Source: Eledone cirrhosa (lineage: Eukaryota). From it: DNA of 64,000 nucleotides. A program made the position numbers and the translations under genes. Shown piece by piece: positions 18,001 to 34,910 of this stretch; the stretch's first letter is position 1; every line of letters starts with the position of its first letter. Location: the NCBI GenBank assembly GCA_964016885.1, contig OZ024756.1, positions 43,028,001 to 43,092,000 of the forward strand, given 5' to 3'. The notes below the pieces were generated by a model. It was given only the letters and a program-made list of their open reading frames with translations, had not been told where the DNA came from and did not search any database.

Positions 18001-19460
18001 CTAGAGACAGACATTGGACACACACTAGAGACAGACATTGGACGCACACTAGAGACAGACATTGGACACACACTAGATACAGACATTGGACACACACTAG
18101 TGACAGACATTGGACACACACTAGAGACAGACATTGGACACACACTAGAGACAGACATTGGACACACACTAGAGACAGACATTGGACACACACTAGATAC
18201 AGACGTTGGACACACACTAGAGACAGACATTGGACACACACTAGAGACAGACATTGGAAACACACTAGAGACAGACATTGGACAGACACTAGAGATAGAT
18301 ATTGGACACACACACTAGAGACAGACCTTGGACACACACACTAGAGACAGACATTGGACACACATTAGAGACAGACATTGGACACACACTAGAGACAGAC
18401 ATTGGACACACACTAGAGACAGACATTGTACACACACTAGAGACAGACATTGGACACACACTAGATACAGACATTGGACACACACTAGAGACAGACATTG
18501 GACACACACACTAGAGACAGACATTGGACACACACACTAGAGACAGACATTGGACACACACTAGAGACAGACATGGGACACACACTAGTGACAGACATTG
18601 GACACACACTAGATACAGACATTGGACACACACTAGAGACAGACATTGGACACACACTAGAGACAGACATTGGACACACACTAGAGACAGACATTGGACA
18701 CACACTAGATACAGACGTTGGACACACACTAGAGACAGACATTGGACACACACTAGAGACAGACATGGGACACCCACTAGTGACAGATATTGGACACACA
18801 CTAGAGACAGACATTGGACACACACTAGAGACAGACATTGGACACACACTAGAGACAGACATTGGACACACCCTAGAGTCAGACATTGGACACACACTAG
18901 AGACAGACATTGGACACACACTAGAGACAGACATTGGACACACACTAGAGACAGATACTGGACACACACTAGAGACAGATATTGGACACACACTCGATAC
19001 AGACATTGGACACACACTAGAGACAGACATTGGATACACACTAGAGACAGACATTGGACACACACTAGAGACAGACATTGGACACGCACTACAGACAGAC
19101 ATTGGACACACACTAGATACAGACATTGGACACACACTAGAGACAGAAATTGGACACACACACTAGAGACAGACATTGGACACACGCTAGAGACAGACAT
19201 TGGACACACACTAGAGACAGATACTGGACACACAGTAGAGACAGATATTGGACACACACTAGATACAGACATTGGACACACACTAGAGACAGACATTGGA
19301 TACACACTAGAGACAGACATTGGACACACACTAGAGACAGACATTGGACACACACTACAGACAGACATTGGACACACACTAGATACAGACATTGGACACA
19401 CACTAGAGACAGAAATTGGACACACACACTAGAGACAGACATTGGACACACACACTAGAG
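1..19460 (+). repeat. Left domain: higher-order repeat with a 3.2-3.9 kb period
   Basis: The same ordered block of variant monomers starts at about 4414, 7666, 11522, 14950 and 18498 (offsets 3252, 3856, 3428, 3548). Domain markers are CATGGGACACCCACTAGTGACAGATATTGG (about 331 to about 18764) and the GGAAACAC-GGACAGAC-26mer-GACCTTGG cassette (GACCTTGG at 2541, 4241, 5770, 6836, 8998, 10694, 12858, 16282, 18324). Confidence 0.9.
10855..17682 (+). repeat. Near-identical tandem duplication of about 3.4 kb (two HOR copies)
   Basis: CAAGAG marker at 10855, 14283 and 17683. The rare CAGTGG variant lies at 11256 and 14684 (offset 3428). The offset falls to 3424 after a 4-bp insertion at about 12143 and to 3400 after a one-monomer difference near 13.6/17.0 kb. 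ORF-track coordinates show the same offsets. Confidence 0.92.
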
Positions 19461-19549
19461 ACAGACATTGGACACACACTAGAGACAGACATTGGACACG
19501 CACTAGAGACAGACATTGGCACACACTAGATACAGACATTGGACACACA

Positions 19550-21500
19550 CACTAGAGACATACATTGGACACACACACTAGAGACAGACTTTGGACACAC
19601 ACTAGAGACAGATATTGGTTACACACTAGAGACAGACATTGGACACACGCTAGAGACTGACATTGGACACACACTAGAGACTGACATTGGACACACACTT
19701 GAGACAGACATTGGACACACACACTAGTGACAGACATTGGACACACACTAGAGACAGACATTGGACACACACCAGAGCCAGACATTGGACACACTCACTA
19801 GAGACAGACATTGGACACACACTTGAGACAGACATTGGACACATACTAGAGACAGACATTGGATACACACTACAGACAGACATTGGACACACACTAGAGA
19901 CAGACATTGGACACACACTAGAGACAGACATTGGACACACACTAGAGACAGACATTGGACACACACACTAGAGACAGACATTGGATACACACTAGAGACA
20001 GACATTGGACACACGCTAGAGACAGAGATTGGATACACACTAGAGACAGACATTGGACACACACCAGAAACAGACATTGGACACACACTAGAGATAGACA
20101 TTGGACACACACTAGAGACAGACATTGGACACACACTAGAAACAGACATTGGACACACACACTAGAGACAGACATTGGACACACACTAGAGACAGACATT
20201 GGACACACACACTAGAGTCAGACATTGGACACACACTAGAGACAGACATTGGACACACACACTAGAGACAGAATTTAGACACACACTAGAGACAGACATT
20301 GGAACACACTAGAGACAGACATTGGACACACACTAGAGACAGACATTGGACACACACACTAGAGACAGACGTTGGACACACACTAGAAACAGACATTGGA
20401 CACACAGACTAGAGACAGACATTGGACACACACTAGATACAGACATTGGACACACACACTAGAGTCAGACATTGGACACACACTAGACACAGACATTGGA
20501 CACACACTAGATACAGACATTGGACCCACACTAGAGACATACATTGGACACACACTAGAGACAGACATTGGACACACACACTAGAGACAGACATTGGACA
20601 CACACACTAGAGACAGACATTGGACACACACTAGAGACAGACATTGGACACACACTAGAGACAGACATTGGACACACCCTAGAGACAGACATTGGACACA
20701 CACTAGAGACAGACATTGGACACACACTAGAGACAGACATTGGACACACACACTAGAGACAGACATTGGACACACACACTAGAGACAGTCTTTGGACACA
20801 CACTAGAGACAGACATTGGTTACACACTAGAGACAGACATTGGACACACAGTAGAGACTGACATTGGACACACACTAGAGACAGACATTGGACACACACT
20901 TGAGACAGACATTGGACACACACACTAGTGACAGACATTGGACACACACTAGAGACAGACATTGGACACACACCAGAGCCAGACATTGGACACACTCACT
21001 AGAGACAGACATTGGACACACACTAGAGACAGACATTGGACACATACTAGAAACAGACATTGGATACACACTACAGACAGACATTGGACACACACTAGAG
21101 ACAGACATTGGACACACACTAGAGACAGACATTGGACACACACCAGAGACAGACATTGGACACACACTAGAGACAGACATTGGACACACACACTAGAGAC
21201 AGACATTGGACACACACTAGAGACAGCCATTGGACACACGCTAGAGACAGAGATTGGATACACACTAGAGACAGACATTGGACACACACCAGAAACAGAC
21301 ATTGCACACACACTAGAAACAGACATTGGACACACACTAGAGACAGACATTGGACACACACACTAGAGACAGACATTGGACACACACTAGAGACAGACAT
21401 TGGACACACACACTAGAGTCAGACATTGGACACACACTAGAGACAGACATTGGACAGACACACTAGAGACAGAATTTAGACACACACTAGAGACAGACAT
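19550..21500 (+). repeat. About 1.2 kb imperfect tandem duplication in the transition zone
   Basis: The series CTTTGG / GGTTACAC / GAGACTGAC / CTTGAG / CCAGAGCCAGACATTGGACACACTCACTAG occurs twice at offset 1201 (ORFs 19552/20753 and 19674/20875). Confidence 0.85.
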
Positions 21501-24500
21501 TGGACACACACTAGAGACAGACATTGGACACACACTAGAGACAGACATTGGACACACACTAGAGACAGACATTGGACACACACTAGTGACAGAAATTGGA
21601 CACACACTAGAGACAGACATTGGACACACACACTAGAGACAGACATTGGACACACACTAGAGACAGACATAGGACACACACTACATACAGACATTGGACC
21701 CACACTAGAGACATACATTGGACACACACTAGATACAGACATTGGACCCACACTAGAGACAGACATTGGACACACACTAGTGACAGAAATTGGACACACA
21801 CTAGAGACAGACATTGGACACACACACTAGAGACAGACATTGGACACACACACTAGTGACAGATATTGGACACACACTAGAGACAGACATTGGACACACG
21901 CTAGAGGCAGACATTGGACACACACCAGAGACAGACATTGGACACACGCACTAGAGACAGACAGTGGACACACACTAGAGACAGACATTGGACACACACT
22001 TGAGACAGACATTGGACACACACACTAGTGACATATATTGGACACACACTAGAGACAGACATTGGACACACGCTAGAGACAGACATTGGACACACACTAG
22101 AGACAGACATTGGACACACACCAGAGACAGACATTGGACACACACTAGAGACAGACATTGGACACACACACTAGAGACAGACATTGGACACACACTAGAG
22201 ACAGACATTGGACAATCACTAGAGACAGACATTGGACACACACTAGAGACAGACATTGGACACACATTAGAGACAGACATTGGATACACACTAGAGACAG
22301 ACATTGGACACACACCAGAAACAGACATTGGACACACACTAGAAACAGACATTGGACACACACTAGAGATAGACATTGGACACACACTAGAGACAGACAT
22401 TGGACACACACTAGAGACAGACTTTGGACACACACACTAGAGACAGAAATTAGACACACACTAGAGACAGACATTGGACACACACACTAGAGACAGACAT
22501 TGGACACACACACTACAGACAGACATTGGACACACACTAGAGATAGACATTGGACACACACTAGAGACAGACATTGGACACACACTAGAGACAGACTTTG
22601 GACACACACACTAGAGTCAGACATTGGACACACACTAGAGACAGACATTGGACACACACACTAGAGACAGAAATTAGACACACACTAGAGACAGACATTG
22701 GACACACACACTAGAGACAGACATTGGACACACACAATAGAGACATACATTGGACACATACTAGAGACAGAGATTGGACACACACTAGAGACAGACATTG
22801 GACACACACTAGTAACAGACATTGGACACACACTAGACAGACATTGGACACACAATAGAGACAGACATTGGACACACACTAGAGAGAGACATTAGACACA
22901 TACCAGAGACAGACATTGGACACACACTAGCGACAGACATTGGACACACACTAGAGACAGACATTGGACACACACACTAGAGACATATATTGGACACACA
23001 CTAGAGACAGACATTGGACACACACACTAGAGACAGTCATTGGACACACACACTAGAGACAGACATTGGACACACACTAGAGACAGACATTGGACACACA
23101 CACTAGAGACAGACATTGGACACACACACTACAGACAGACATTGGACACACACTAGAGACAGACATTGGACACACACTAGAGACAGACTTTGGACACACA
23201 CACTAGAGTCAGACATTGGACACACACTAGAGACAGACATTGGACACACACACTAGAGACAGAAATTAGACACACACTAGAGACAGACATTGGACACACA
23301 CACTAGAGACAGACATTGGACACACACAATAGAGACATACATTGGACACATACTAGAGACAGAGATTGGACACATACTAGAGACAGACATTGGACACACA
23401 CTAGAGACAGACATTGGACACACACTAGACAGACATTGGACACACAATAGAGACAGACATTGGACACACACTAGAGAGAGACATTAGACACATACCAGAG
23501 ACAGACATTGGACACACACTAGAGACAGACATTGCACACACGCAAGAGACAGATATTGGACACACACACTAGAGACAGACATTGGACACACACTAGAGAC
23601 GGACATTGGACACACACACTAGAGACAGACATTGGACACACACTAGAGACATACATTGGACACACACCAGAGACAGACATTGGACACACACACTAGAGAC
23701 AGACATTGGAGACACACTAGGGACAGACATTGGGCACACACTAGAGACAGACATTGGACACTCACTAGAGACAGACATTGGACACACACTAGAGACAGAC
23801 ATTGGACACACACACTAGAGACAGACATTGGACACACACTAGAGACATACATTGGACACACACTAGAGACAGACATTGGACACACACTAGAGACAGACAT
23901 TGGACACACACTAGAGACAGACATTGGACACTCACTAGAGACAGACATTGGACACACACTAGAGACAGACATTGGAGACACACTAGATATAGACATTGGA
24001 CACACACTAGAGACAGACATTGGGCACACACTAGAGACAGACATTGGACACACACTAGAGACATACATTGGACACACCCACTAGAGACAGACATTGGACA
24101 CACACTAGAGACAGACATGGGATACACACTACAGACAGATATTTGACACGCACTAGAGACAGACATTGGACACACACTAGAGACAGACATTGGACACACA
24201 CTAGAGACAGAGATTGGACACACACCAGAGACAGACATTGGACACACACTAGAGACAGACATTGGACACACACTAGAGACAGACATTGGATACACACTAG
24301 ATACAGACATTAGACACACACTAGAGACAGACATTGGACTCACACTAGAGACAGACATTGGACAGACACTAGAGACAGACATTGGATACACACTAGATAC
24401 AGACATTGGACACACACTAGAGACAGACATTGGACACACACACTAGAGACAGACATTAGACACACACACTAGAGACAGACATTGGACACACACTAGAGAC

Positions 24501-27179
24501 AGAGATTGGAGACACACTAGTGACAGACATTGGACACACACTAGAGACAGATATTGGACACACACTAGAGACATACATTGGATACACAGGAGAGACAGAC
24601 ATTGGACACACACCCGAGACAGACATTGGACACACACTAGAGACAGACATTGGACACACACACTAGAGACAGAAATTAGACACACACTAGAGACAGACAT
24701 TGGACACACACTAGTGACAGACATTGGACACACACTAGAGACAGACATTGGACACACACTAGAGACAGACATTGGACACACACTAGACAGACATTGGACA
24801 CACAATAGAGACAGACATTGGACACACACTAGAGAGAGACATTAGACACATACCAGAGACAGACATTGGACACACACTAGAGACAGACATTGCACACACG
24901 CAAGAGACAGATATTGGACACACACACTAGAGACAGACATTGGACACACACTAGAGACGGACATTGGACACACACACTAGAGTCAGACATTGGACACACA
25001 CTATAGACAGACATTGGACACACACACTAGAGACAGAAATTGGACACACACTAGAGACAGACATTGGACACACACACTAGAGACAGACATTGGACACACA
25101 CACTAGAGACAGACATTGGACACACACTAGAGACAGACATTGGACACACACTAGAGACAGACATTGGACACACACTAGTGACAGACATTGGACACACACT
25201 AGAGACAGACATTGGACACACACTAGAGACAGACATTGGACACACACTAGACAGACATTGGACACACAATAGAGACAGACATTGGACACACACTAGAGAG
25301 AGACATTAGACACATACCAGAGACAGACATTGGACAAACACTAGCGACAGACATTGGACACACACTAGGGACAGACATTTGACACACACACTAGAGACAG
25401 ACATTTGACACACACACTAGAGACAGACATTGGACAAACACACTAGAGACAGACATTGGACACACACTAGATACAGACATTGGACCCACACTAGAGACAT
25501 ATATTGGACACCCACTAGAGACAGACGTTGGACACACACTAGAGACAGACATTGGACACACACTAGATACAGACATTGGACACACACTAGAGACAGACAT
25601 TGGACACACACTAGAGACAGACATTGGACACACACTAGAGACAGACATTGGACACACACTAGAGACAGACATTGGACACACACTAGAGAGACATTGGACA
25701 CACACTAGAGACAGACATTGGACACACACTAGAGACAGACATTCGAGACACACTAGAGACACACTAGAGACAGATATTGGGCGCACACTAGAGACAGACA
25801 TTGGACACACACTAGATACAGACATTGGACACACACCAGAGACAGACATTGGACACACACCAGAGACAGACATTGGACACACACACTAGAGACAGACATT
25901 GGAGACACACTAGGGACAGACATTGGGCACACACTAGAGACAGACATTGGACACTCACTAGAGACAGACATTGGACACACACTAGAGACAGACATTGGAC
26001 ATACACACTAGAGACAGACATTGGACACACACTAGAGACAGACATTGGACACACACTAGAGACAGACATTGGACACACACTAGAGACAGACATTGGACAC
26101 ACACACTAGAGACAGACATTGGACACTCACTAGAGACAGACATTGGACACACACTAGAGACAGACATTGGACACACACTAGATACAGACATTGAACACAC
26201 ACTAGAGACAGACATTGGACACACACACTAGAGACATACATTGGACACACACACTAGAGACAGACATTGGACACACACTAGAGACAGACATGGGATACAC
26301 ACTACAGACAGATATTTGACACACACTAGAGACAGACATTGGACACACACTAGAGACAGACATTGGGCACACACTAGAGACAGACATTGGACACACACTA
26401 GAGACAGACATTGGACACACACTAGATACAGACATTGAACACACACTAGAGACAGACATTGGACACACACACTAGAGACATACATTGGACACACACACTA
26501 GAGACAGACATTGGACACACACTAGAGACAGACATGGGATACACACTACAGACAGATATTTGACACACACTAGAGACAGACATTGGTCACACACTGGAGA
26601 CAGACATTGGACACACACCAGAGACAGACATTGGACACACACACTAGAGACAGACATTGGAGACACACTAGGGACAGACATTGGGCACACACTAGAGACA
26701 GACATTGGACACTCACTAGAGACAGACATTGGACACACACTAGAGACAGACATTGGACACACACACTAGAGACAGACATTGGACACACACAAGAGACATA
26801 CATTGGACACACACTAGAGACAGACATTGGACACACACTAGAGACAGACATTGGAGACACACTAGATACAGACATTGAACACACACTAGAGACAGACATT
26901 GGACACACATACTAGAGACATACATTGGACACACCCACTAGAGACAGACATTGGACACACACTAGAGACAGACATGGGATACACACTACAGACAGATATT
27001 TGACACACACTAGAGACAGACATTGGACACACACGAGAGACAGACATTGGACACACACTAGAGACAGAGATTGGACACACACCAGAGACAGACATTGAAC
27101 ACACACTAGAGACAGACATTGGACACACACTAGAGACTGACATTGGACAAACACTAGAGACAGACATTGGACACACACA

Positions 27180-27615
27180 CTAGTGACATTTATTGGACAC
27201 ACACTAGAGACAGACATTGGACACACACTAGAGACAGAGATTTGACACACACTAGAGACAGACATTGGACACACACTAGAGACAGACATTGGATACACAC
27301 TAGAAACAGACATTGGACACACACTAGAGATAGACATTGGACACACACTAGAGACAGACATTGGACACACACTAGAGACAGACATTGGACACACACACTA
27401 GTGACATTTATTGGACACACACTAGAGACAGACATTGGACACACACTAGAGACAGAGATTTGACACACACTAGAGACAGACATTGGACACACACTAGAGA
27501 CAGACATTGGATACACACTAGAAACAGACATTGGACACACACTAGAGATAGACATTGGACACACACTAGAGACAGACATTGGACACACACTAGAGACAGA
27601 CTTTGGACACACACA
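27180..27615 (+). repeat. 218-bp (9-monomer) tandem duplication
   Basis: Rare TAGTGACATTTATTGG at 27181 and 27399, each followed by GAGATTTGAC, GGATAC, GAAAC and GATAG units in the same order. Confidence 0.9.
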
Positions 27616-30600
27616 CTAGAGTCAGACATTGGACACACACTAGAGACAGACATTGGACACACACACTAGAGACAGAAATTAGACACACACTAGAGACAGA
27701 CATTGGACACACACACTAGAGACAGACATTGGACACACACACTACAGACAGACATTGGACACACACTAGAGATAGACATTGGACACACACTAGAGACAGA
27801 CATTGGACACACACTAGAGACAGACTTTGGACACACACACTAGAGTCAGACATTGGACACACACTAGAGACAGACATTGGACACACACACTAGAGACAGA
27901 AATTAGACACACACTAGAGACAGACATTGGACACACACACTAGAGACAGACATTGGACACACACACTAGAGACAGACATTGGACACACACACTAGAGACA
28001 GACATTGGACACACACTAGAGACAGACATTGGACACACACTAGTGACAGACATTGGACACACACTAGACAGACATTGGACACACAATAGAGACAGACATT
28101 GGACACACACTAGAGAGAGACATTAGACACATAACAGAGACAGACATTGGACACACACTAGCGACAGACATTGGACACACACTAGAGACAGACATTGGAC
28201 ACACACACTAGAGACAGACATTGGACACACACTAGAGACAGATATTGGGTACACACTAGAGACAGACATTGGACACACACTAGAGACAGACATTGGACAC
28301 ACACTAGAGACAGACATTGGACACACACTAGATACAAACATTGGACACACACTAGAGACAGACATTGGACACACACTAGAGACAGATATTGGACACACAC
28401 TAGAGACAGACATTGGACACACCCACTAGAGACAGACATTGGACACACACTAGAGACTGACATTGGACACATACTAGAGACAGACATTGGACACACACTA
28501 GAGACAGATATTGGACACACACACTAGAGACAGACATTGGACACACACTAGAGACAGACATTGGACACATACTAGAGACAGACATTGGAGACACACTAGG
28601 GACAGACATTGGGCACACACTAGAGACAGACATTGGACACTCACTAGAGACAGACATTGGACACACACTAGAGACAGACATTGGACACACACACTAGAGA
28701 CAGACATTGGACACACACAAGAGACATACATTGGACACACACTAGAGACAGACATTGGACACACACTAGAGACAGACATTGGACACACACACTAGAGACA
28801 GACATTGGACACTCACTAGAGACAGACATTGGACACACACTAGAGACAGACATTGGAGACACACTAGATATAGACATTGGACACACACTAGAGACAGACA
28901 TTGGGCACACACTAGAGACAGACATTGGACACACACTAGAGACAGACATTGGACACACACTAGATACAGACATTGAACACACACTAGAGACAGACATTGG
29001 ACACACATACTAGAGACATACATTGGACACACCCACTAGAGACAGACATTGGACACACACTAGAGACAGACATGGGATACACACTACAGACAGATATTTG
29101 ACACACACTAGAGACAGACATTGGACACACACGAGAGACAGACATTGGACACACACTAGAGACAGAGATTGGACACACACCAGAGACAGACATTGAACAC
29201 ACACTAGAGACAGACATTGGACACACACTAGAGACTGACATTGGACAAACACTAGAGACAGACATTGGACACACACACTAGTGACATTTATTGGACACAC
29301 ACTAGAGACAGACATTGGACACACACTAGAGACAGAGATTTGACACACACTAGAGACAGACATTGGACACACACTAGAGACAGACATTGGATACACACTA
29401 GAAACAGACATTGGACACACACTAGAGATAGACATTGGACACACACTAGAGACAGACATTGGACACACACTAGAGACAGACTTTGGACACACACACTAGA
29501 GTCAGACATTGGACACACACTAGAGACAGACATTGGACACACACACTAGAGACAGAAATTAGACACACACTAGAGACAGACATTGGACACACACACTAGA
29601 GACAGACATTGGACACACACACTACAGACAGACATTGGACACACACTAGAGATAGACATTGGACACACACTAGAGACAGACATTGGACACACACTAGAGA
29701 CAGACATTGGACACACACACTAGAGTCAGACATTGGACACACACTAGAGACAGACATTGGACACACACACTAGAGACAGAAATTAGACACACACTAGAGA
29801 CAGACATTGGACACACACACTAGAGACAGACATTGGACACACACAATAGAGACATACATTGGACACACACTAGAGACAGAGATTGGACACACACTAGAGA
29901 CAGACATTGGACACACACTAGTGACAGACATTGGACACACACTAGACAGACATTGGACACACAATAGAGACAGACATTGGACACACACTAGAGAGAGACA
30001 TTAGACACATACCAGAGACAGACATTGGACACACACTAGCGACAGACATTGGACACACACTAGAGACAGACATTGGACACACACACTAGAGACAGACATT
30101 GGACACACACTAGAGACAGATATTGGGTACACACTAGAGACAGACATTGGACACACACTAGAGACAGACATTGGACACACACTAGAGACAGACATTGGAC
30201 ACACACTAGATACAAACATTGGACACACACTAGAGACAGACATTGGACACACACTAGAGACAGATATTGGACACACACTAGAGACAGACATTGGACACAC
30301 CCACTAGAGACAGACATTGGACACACACTAGAGACTGACATTGGACACATACTAGAGACAGACATTGGACACACACTAGAGACAGATATTGGACACACAC
30401 ACTAGAGACAGACATTGGACACACACTAGAGACAGACATTGGACACACACTAGAGACAGACATTGGACACACACTAGAGACAGACATTGGACACACACAC
30501 TAGAGACAGATATTAGACACTCACTAGAGACAGACATTGGACACACACTAGAGACAGACATTGGAGACACACTAGATATAGACATTGGACACACACTAGA

Positions 30601-31672
30601 GACATACATTGGGCACACACTTGAGACAGACATTGGACACACACTAGCGACAGACATTGGACACACACTAGATACAGATATTGAACACACACTAGAGACA
30701 GACATTGGACACACATACTAGAGACATACATTGGACACACACACTAGAGACAGACATTGGACACACACTAGAGACAGACATGGGATACACACTACAGACA
30801 GATATTTGACACACACTAGAGACAGACATTGGACACACACTAGAGACAGACATTGGACACACACTAGAGACAGAGATTGGACACACACCAGAGACAGACA
30901 TTGAACACACACTAGAGACAGACATTGGACACACACTAGAGACTGACATTGGACAAACACTAGAGACAGACATTGGACACACACACTAGTGACAGTTATT
31001 GGACACACACTAGAGACAGACATTGGACACATATTGGAGACAGACATTGGACACACACTAGAGACAGACATTGGACACACACTAGAGACAGACATTGGAT
31101 ACACACTAGAGACAGACATTGGACACACACCAGAAACAGACATTGGACACACACTAGAGATAGACATTGGACACACACTAGAGACAGACATTGGACACAC
31201 ACTAGAGACAGACTTTGGACACACACACTAGAGACAGAAATTAGACACACACTAGAGACAGACATTGGACACACACACTAGAGACAGACATTGGACACAC
31301 ACACTACAGACAGACATTGGACACACACTAGAGATAGACATTGGACACACACTAGAGACAGACATTGGACACACACTAGAGACAGACTTTGGACACACAC
31401 ACTAGAGTCAGACATTTGACACACACACTAGAGACAGAAATTAGACACACACTAGAGACAGACATTGGACACACACACTAGAGACAGACATTGGACACAC
31501 ACAATAGAGACATACATTGGACACATACTAGAGACAGAGATTGGACACACACTAGAGACAGACATTGGACACACACTAGTGACAGACATTGGACACACAC
31601 TAGACAGACATTGGACACACAATAGAGACAGACATTGGACACACATTAGAGAGAGACATTAGACACATACCA

Positions 31673-34600
31673 GAGACATATATTGGACACACACTACAGA
31701 CAGACATTGGACACACACACTAGAGACAGACATTGGACACACACACTAGAGACAGACATTGGACACACACTAGAGACAGACATTGGACACACACACTAGA
31801 GACAGACATTGGACACACACACTACAGACAGACATTGGACACACACTAGAGATAGACATTGGACACACACTAGAGACAGACATTGGACACACACTAGAGA
31901 CAGACTTTGGACACACACACTAGAGTCAGACATTGGACACACACTAGAGACAGACATTGGACAAACACACTAGAGACAGAAATTAGACACACACTAGAGA
32001 CAGACATTGGACACACACACTAGAGACAGACATTGGACACACACAATAGAGACATACATTGGAAACATACTAGAGACAGAGATTGGACACACACTAGAGA
32101 CAGACATTGGACACACACTAGTGACAGACATTGGACACACACTAGACAGACATTGGACACACAATAGAGACAGACATTGGACACACACTAGAGACAGACA
32201 TTGGACACACACCCTAGAGACATATATTGGACACACACTAGAGACAGACATTGGACACACACACTAGAGACAGACATTGGACACACACACTAGAGACAGA
32301 CATTGGACACACACTAGAGACAGACATTGGGTACACACTAGAGACAGACATTGGACACACACTAGAGAAAGACATTGGACACACACTAGAGACAGACATT
32401 GGACACACACTAGATACAAACATTGGACACACACTAGAGACAGACATTGGACACACACTAGAGACAGATATTGGACACACACTAGAGACAGACATTGGAC
32501 ACACCCACTAGAGACAGACATTGGACACACACTAGAGACAGACATTGGATACACACTAGATACAGACATTGGACACACAATAGAGACAGACATTGGACAC
32601 ACACTAGAGAGAGACATTAGACACATACCAGAGACAGACTTTGGACACAGCCACTAGAGACAGACATTGGACACACACTAGAGACAGACATTGGATACAC
32701 ACTAGAGACAGACATTGGACACACACTAGATACAGACATTGGACACACACTAGAGACAGACATTGGAAACACACTAGAGACAGACATTGGATACACACTA
32801 GATACAGACATTAGACACACACTAGAGACAGACATTGGACTCACACTAGAGACAGACATTGGACAGACACTAGAGACAGACATTGGATACACACTAGATA
32901 CAGACATTGGAAACACACTAGAGACAGACATTGGACACACACACTAGAGACAGACATAAGACACACACACTAGAGACAGAAATTAGACACACACTAGAGA
33001 CAGACATTGGACACACACTAGTGACAGACATTGGACACACACTAGAGACAGACATTGGACACACACTAGAGACAGACATTGGACACACACTAGACAGACA
33101 TTGGACACACAATAGAGACAGACATTGGACACACACTAGAGAGAGACATTGGACACATACCAGAGACAGACATTGGACACACACTAGCGACAGACATTGC
33201 ACACACACTAGAGACAGACATTTGACACACACACTAGATATAGACATTGGACACACACTAGAGACAGACATTGGACACACACACTAGAGACAGACATTGG
33301 ACACACACTAGAAACAGACATTGGACACACACTAGAGACAGACATTGGACACACACACTAGAGACATATATTGGACACACACTAGAGACAGACATTGGAC
33401 ACACACACTAGAGACAGACATTGGACACACACACTAGAGACAGACATTGGACACACACTAGAGACAGACATTGGACACACACACTAGAGACAGACATTGG
33501 ACACACACACTACAGACAGACATTGGACACACACTAGAGATAGACATTGGACACACACTAGAGACAGACATTGGACACACACTAGAGACAGACTTTGGAC
33601 ACACACACTAGAGTCAGACATTGGACACACACTAGAGACAGACATTGGACAAACACACTAGAGACAGAAATTAGACACACACTAGAGACAGACATTGGAC
33701 ACACACACTAGAGACAGACATTGGACACACACAATAGAGACATACATTGGAAACATACTAGAGACAGAGATTGGACACACACTAGAGACAGACATTGGAC
33801 ACACACTAGTGACAGACATTGGACACACACTAGACAGACATTGGACACACAATAGAGACAGACATTGGACACACACTAGAGACAGACATTGGACACACAC
33901 CCTAGAGACATATATTGGACACACACTAGAGACAGACATTGGACACACACACTAGAGACAGACATTGGACACACACACTAGAGACAGACATTGGACACAC
34001 ACTAGAGACAGACATTGGGTACACACTAGAGACAGACATTGGACACACACTAGAGAAAGACATTGGACACACACTAGAGACAGACATTGGACACACACTA
34101 GATACAAACATTGGACACACACTAGAGACAGACATTGGACACACACTAGAGACAGATATTGGACACACACTAGAGACAGACATTGGACACACCCACTAGA
34201 GACAGACATTGGACACACACTAGAGACAGACATTGGATACACACTAGATACAGACATTGGACACACAATAGAGACAGACATTGGACACACACTAGAGAGA
34301 GACATTAGACACATACCAGAGACAGACTTTGGACACAGCCACTAGAGACAGACATTGGACACACACTAGAGACAGACATTGGATACACACTAGAGACAGA
34401 CATTGGACACACACTAGATACAGACATTGGACACACACTAGAGACAGACATTGGAAACACACTAGAGACAGACATTGGATACACACTAGATACAGACATT
34501 AGACACACACTAGAGACAGACATTGGACTCACACTAGAGACAGACATTGGACAGACACTAGAGACAGACATTGGATACACACTAGATACAGACATTGGAA

Positions 34601-34910
34601 ACACACTAGAGACAGACATTGGACACACACACTAGAGACAGACATAAGACACACACACTAGAGACAGAAATTAGACACACACTAGAGACAGACATTGGAC
34701 ACACACTAGTGACAGACATTGGACACACACTAGAGACAGACATTGGACACACACTAGAGACAGACATTGGACACACACTAGACAGACATTGGACACACAA
34801 TAGAGACAGACATTGGACACACACTAGAGAGAGACATTGGACACATACCAGAGACAGACATTGGACACACACTAGCGACAGACATTGCACACACACTAGA
34901 GACAGACATT
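31673..34910 (+). repeat. 1688-bp-period near-identical tandem duplication
   Basis: Constant offset 1688 (31673/33361, ORFs 31994/33682, 32238/33926, 32918/34606). Both copies share rare variants GGAAACATAC, GAGAAAGAC, CACAGCCACTAG and CATAAGAC. Confidence 0.92.
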
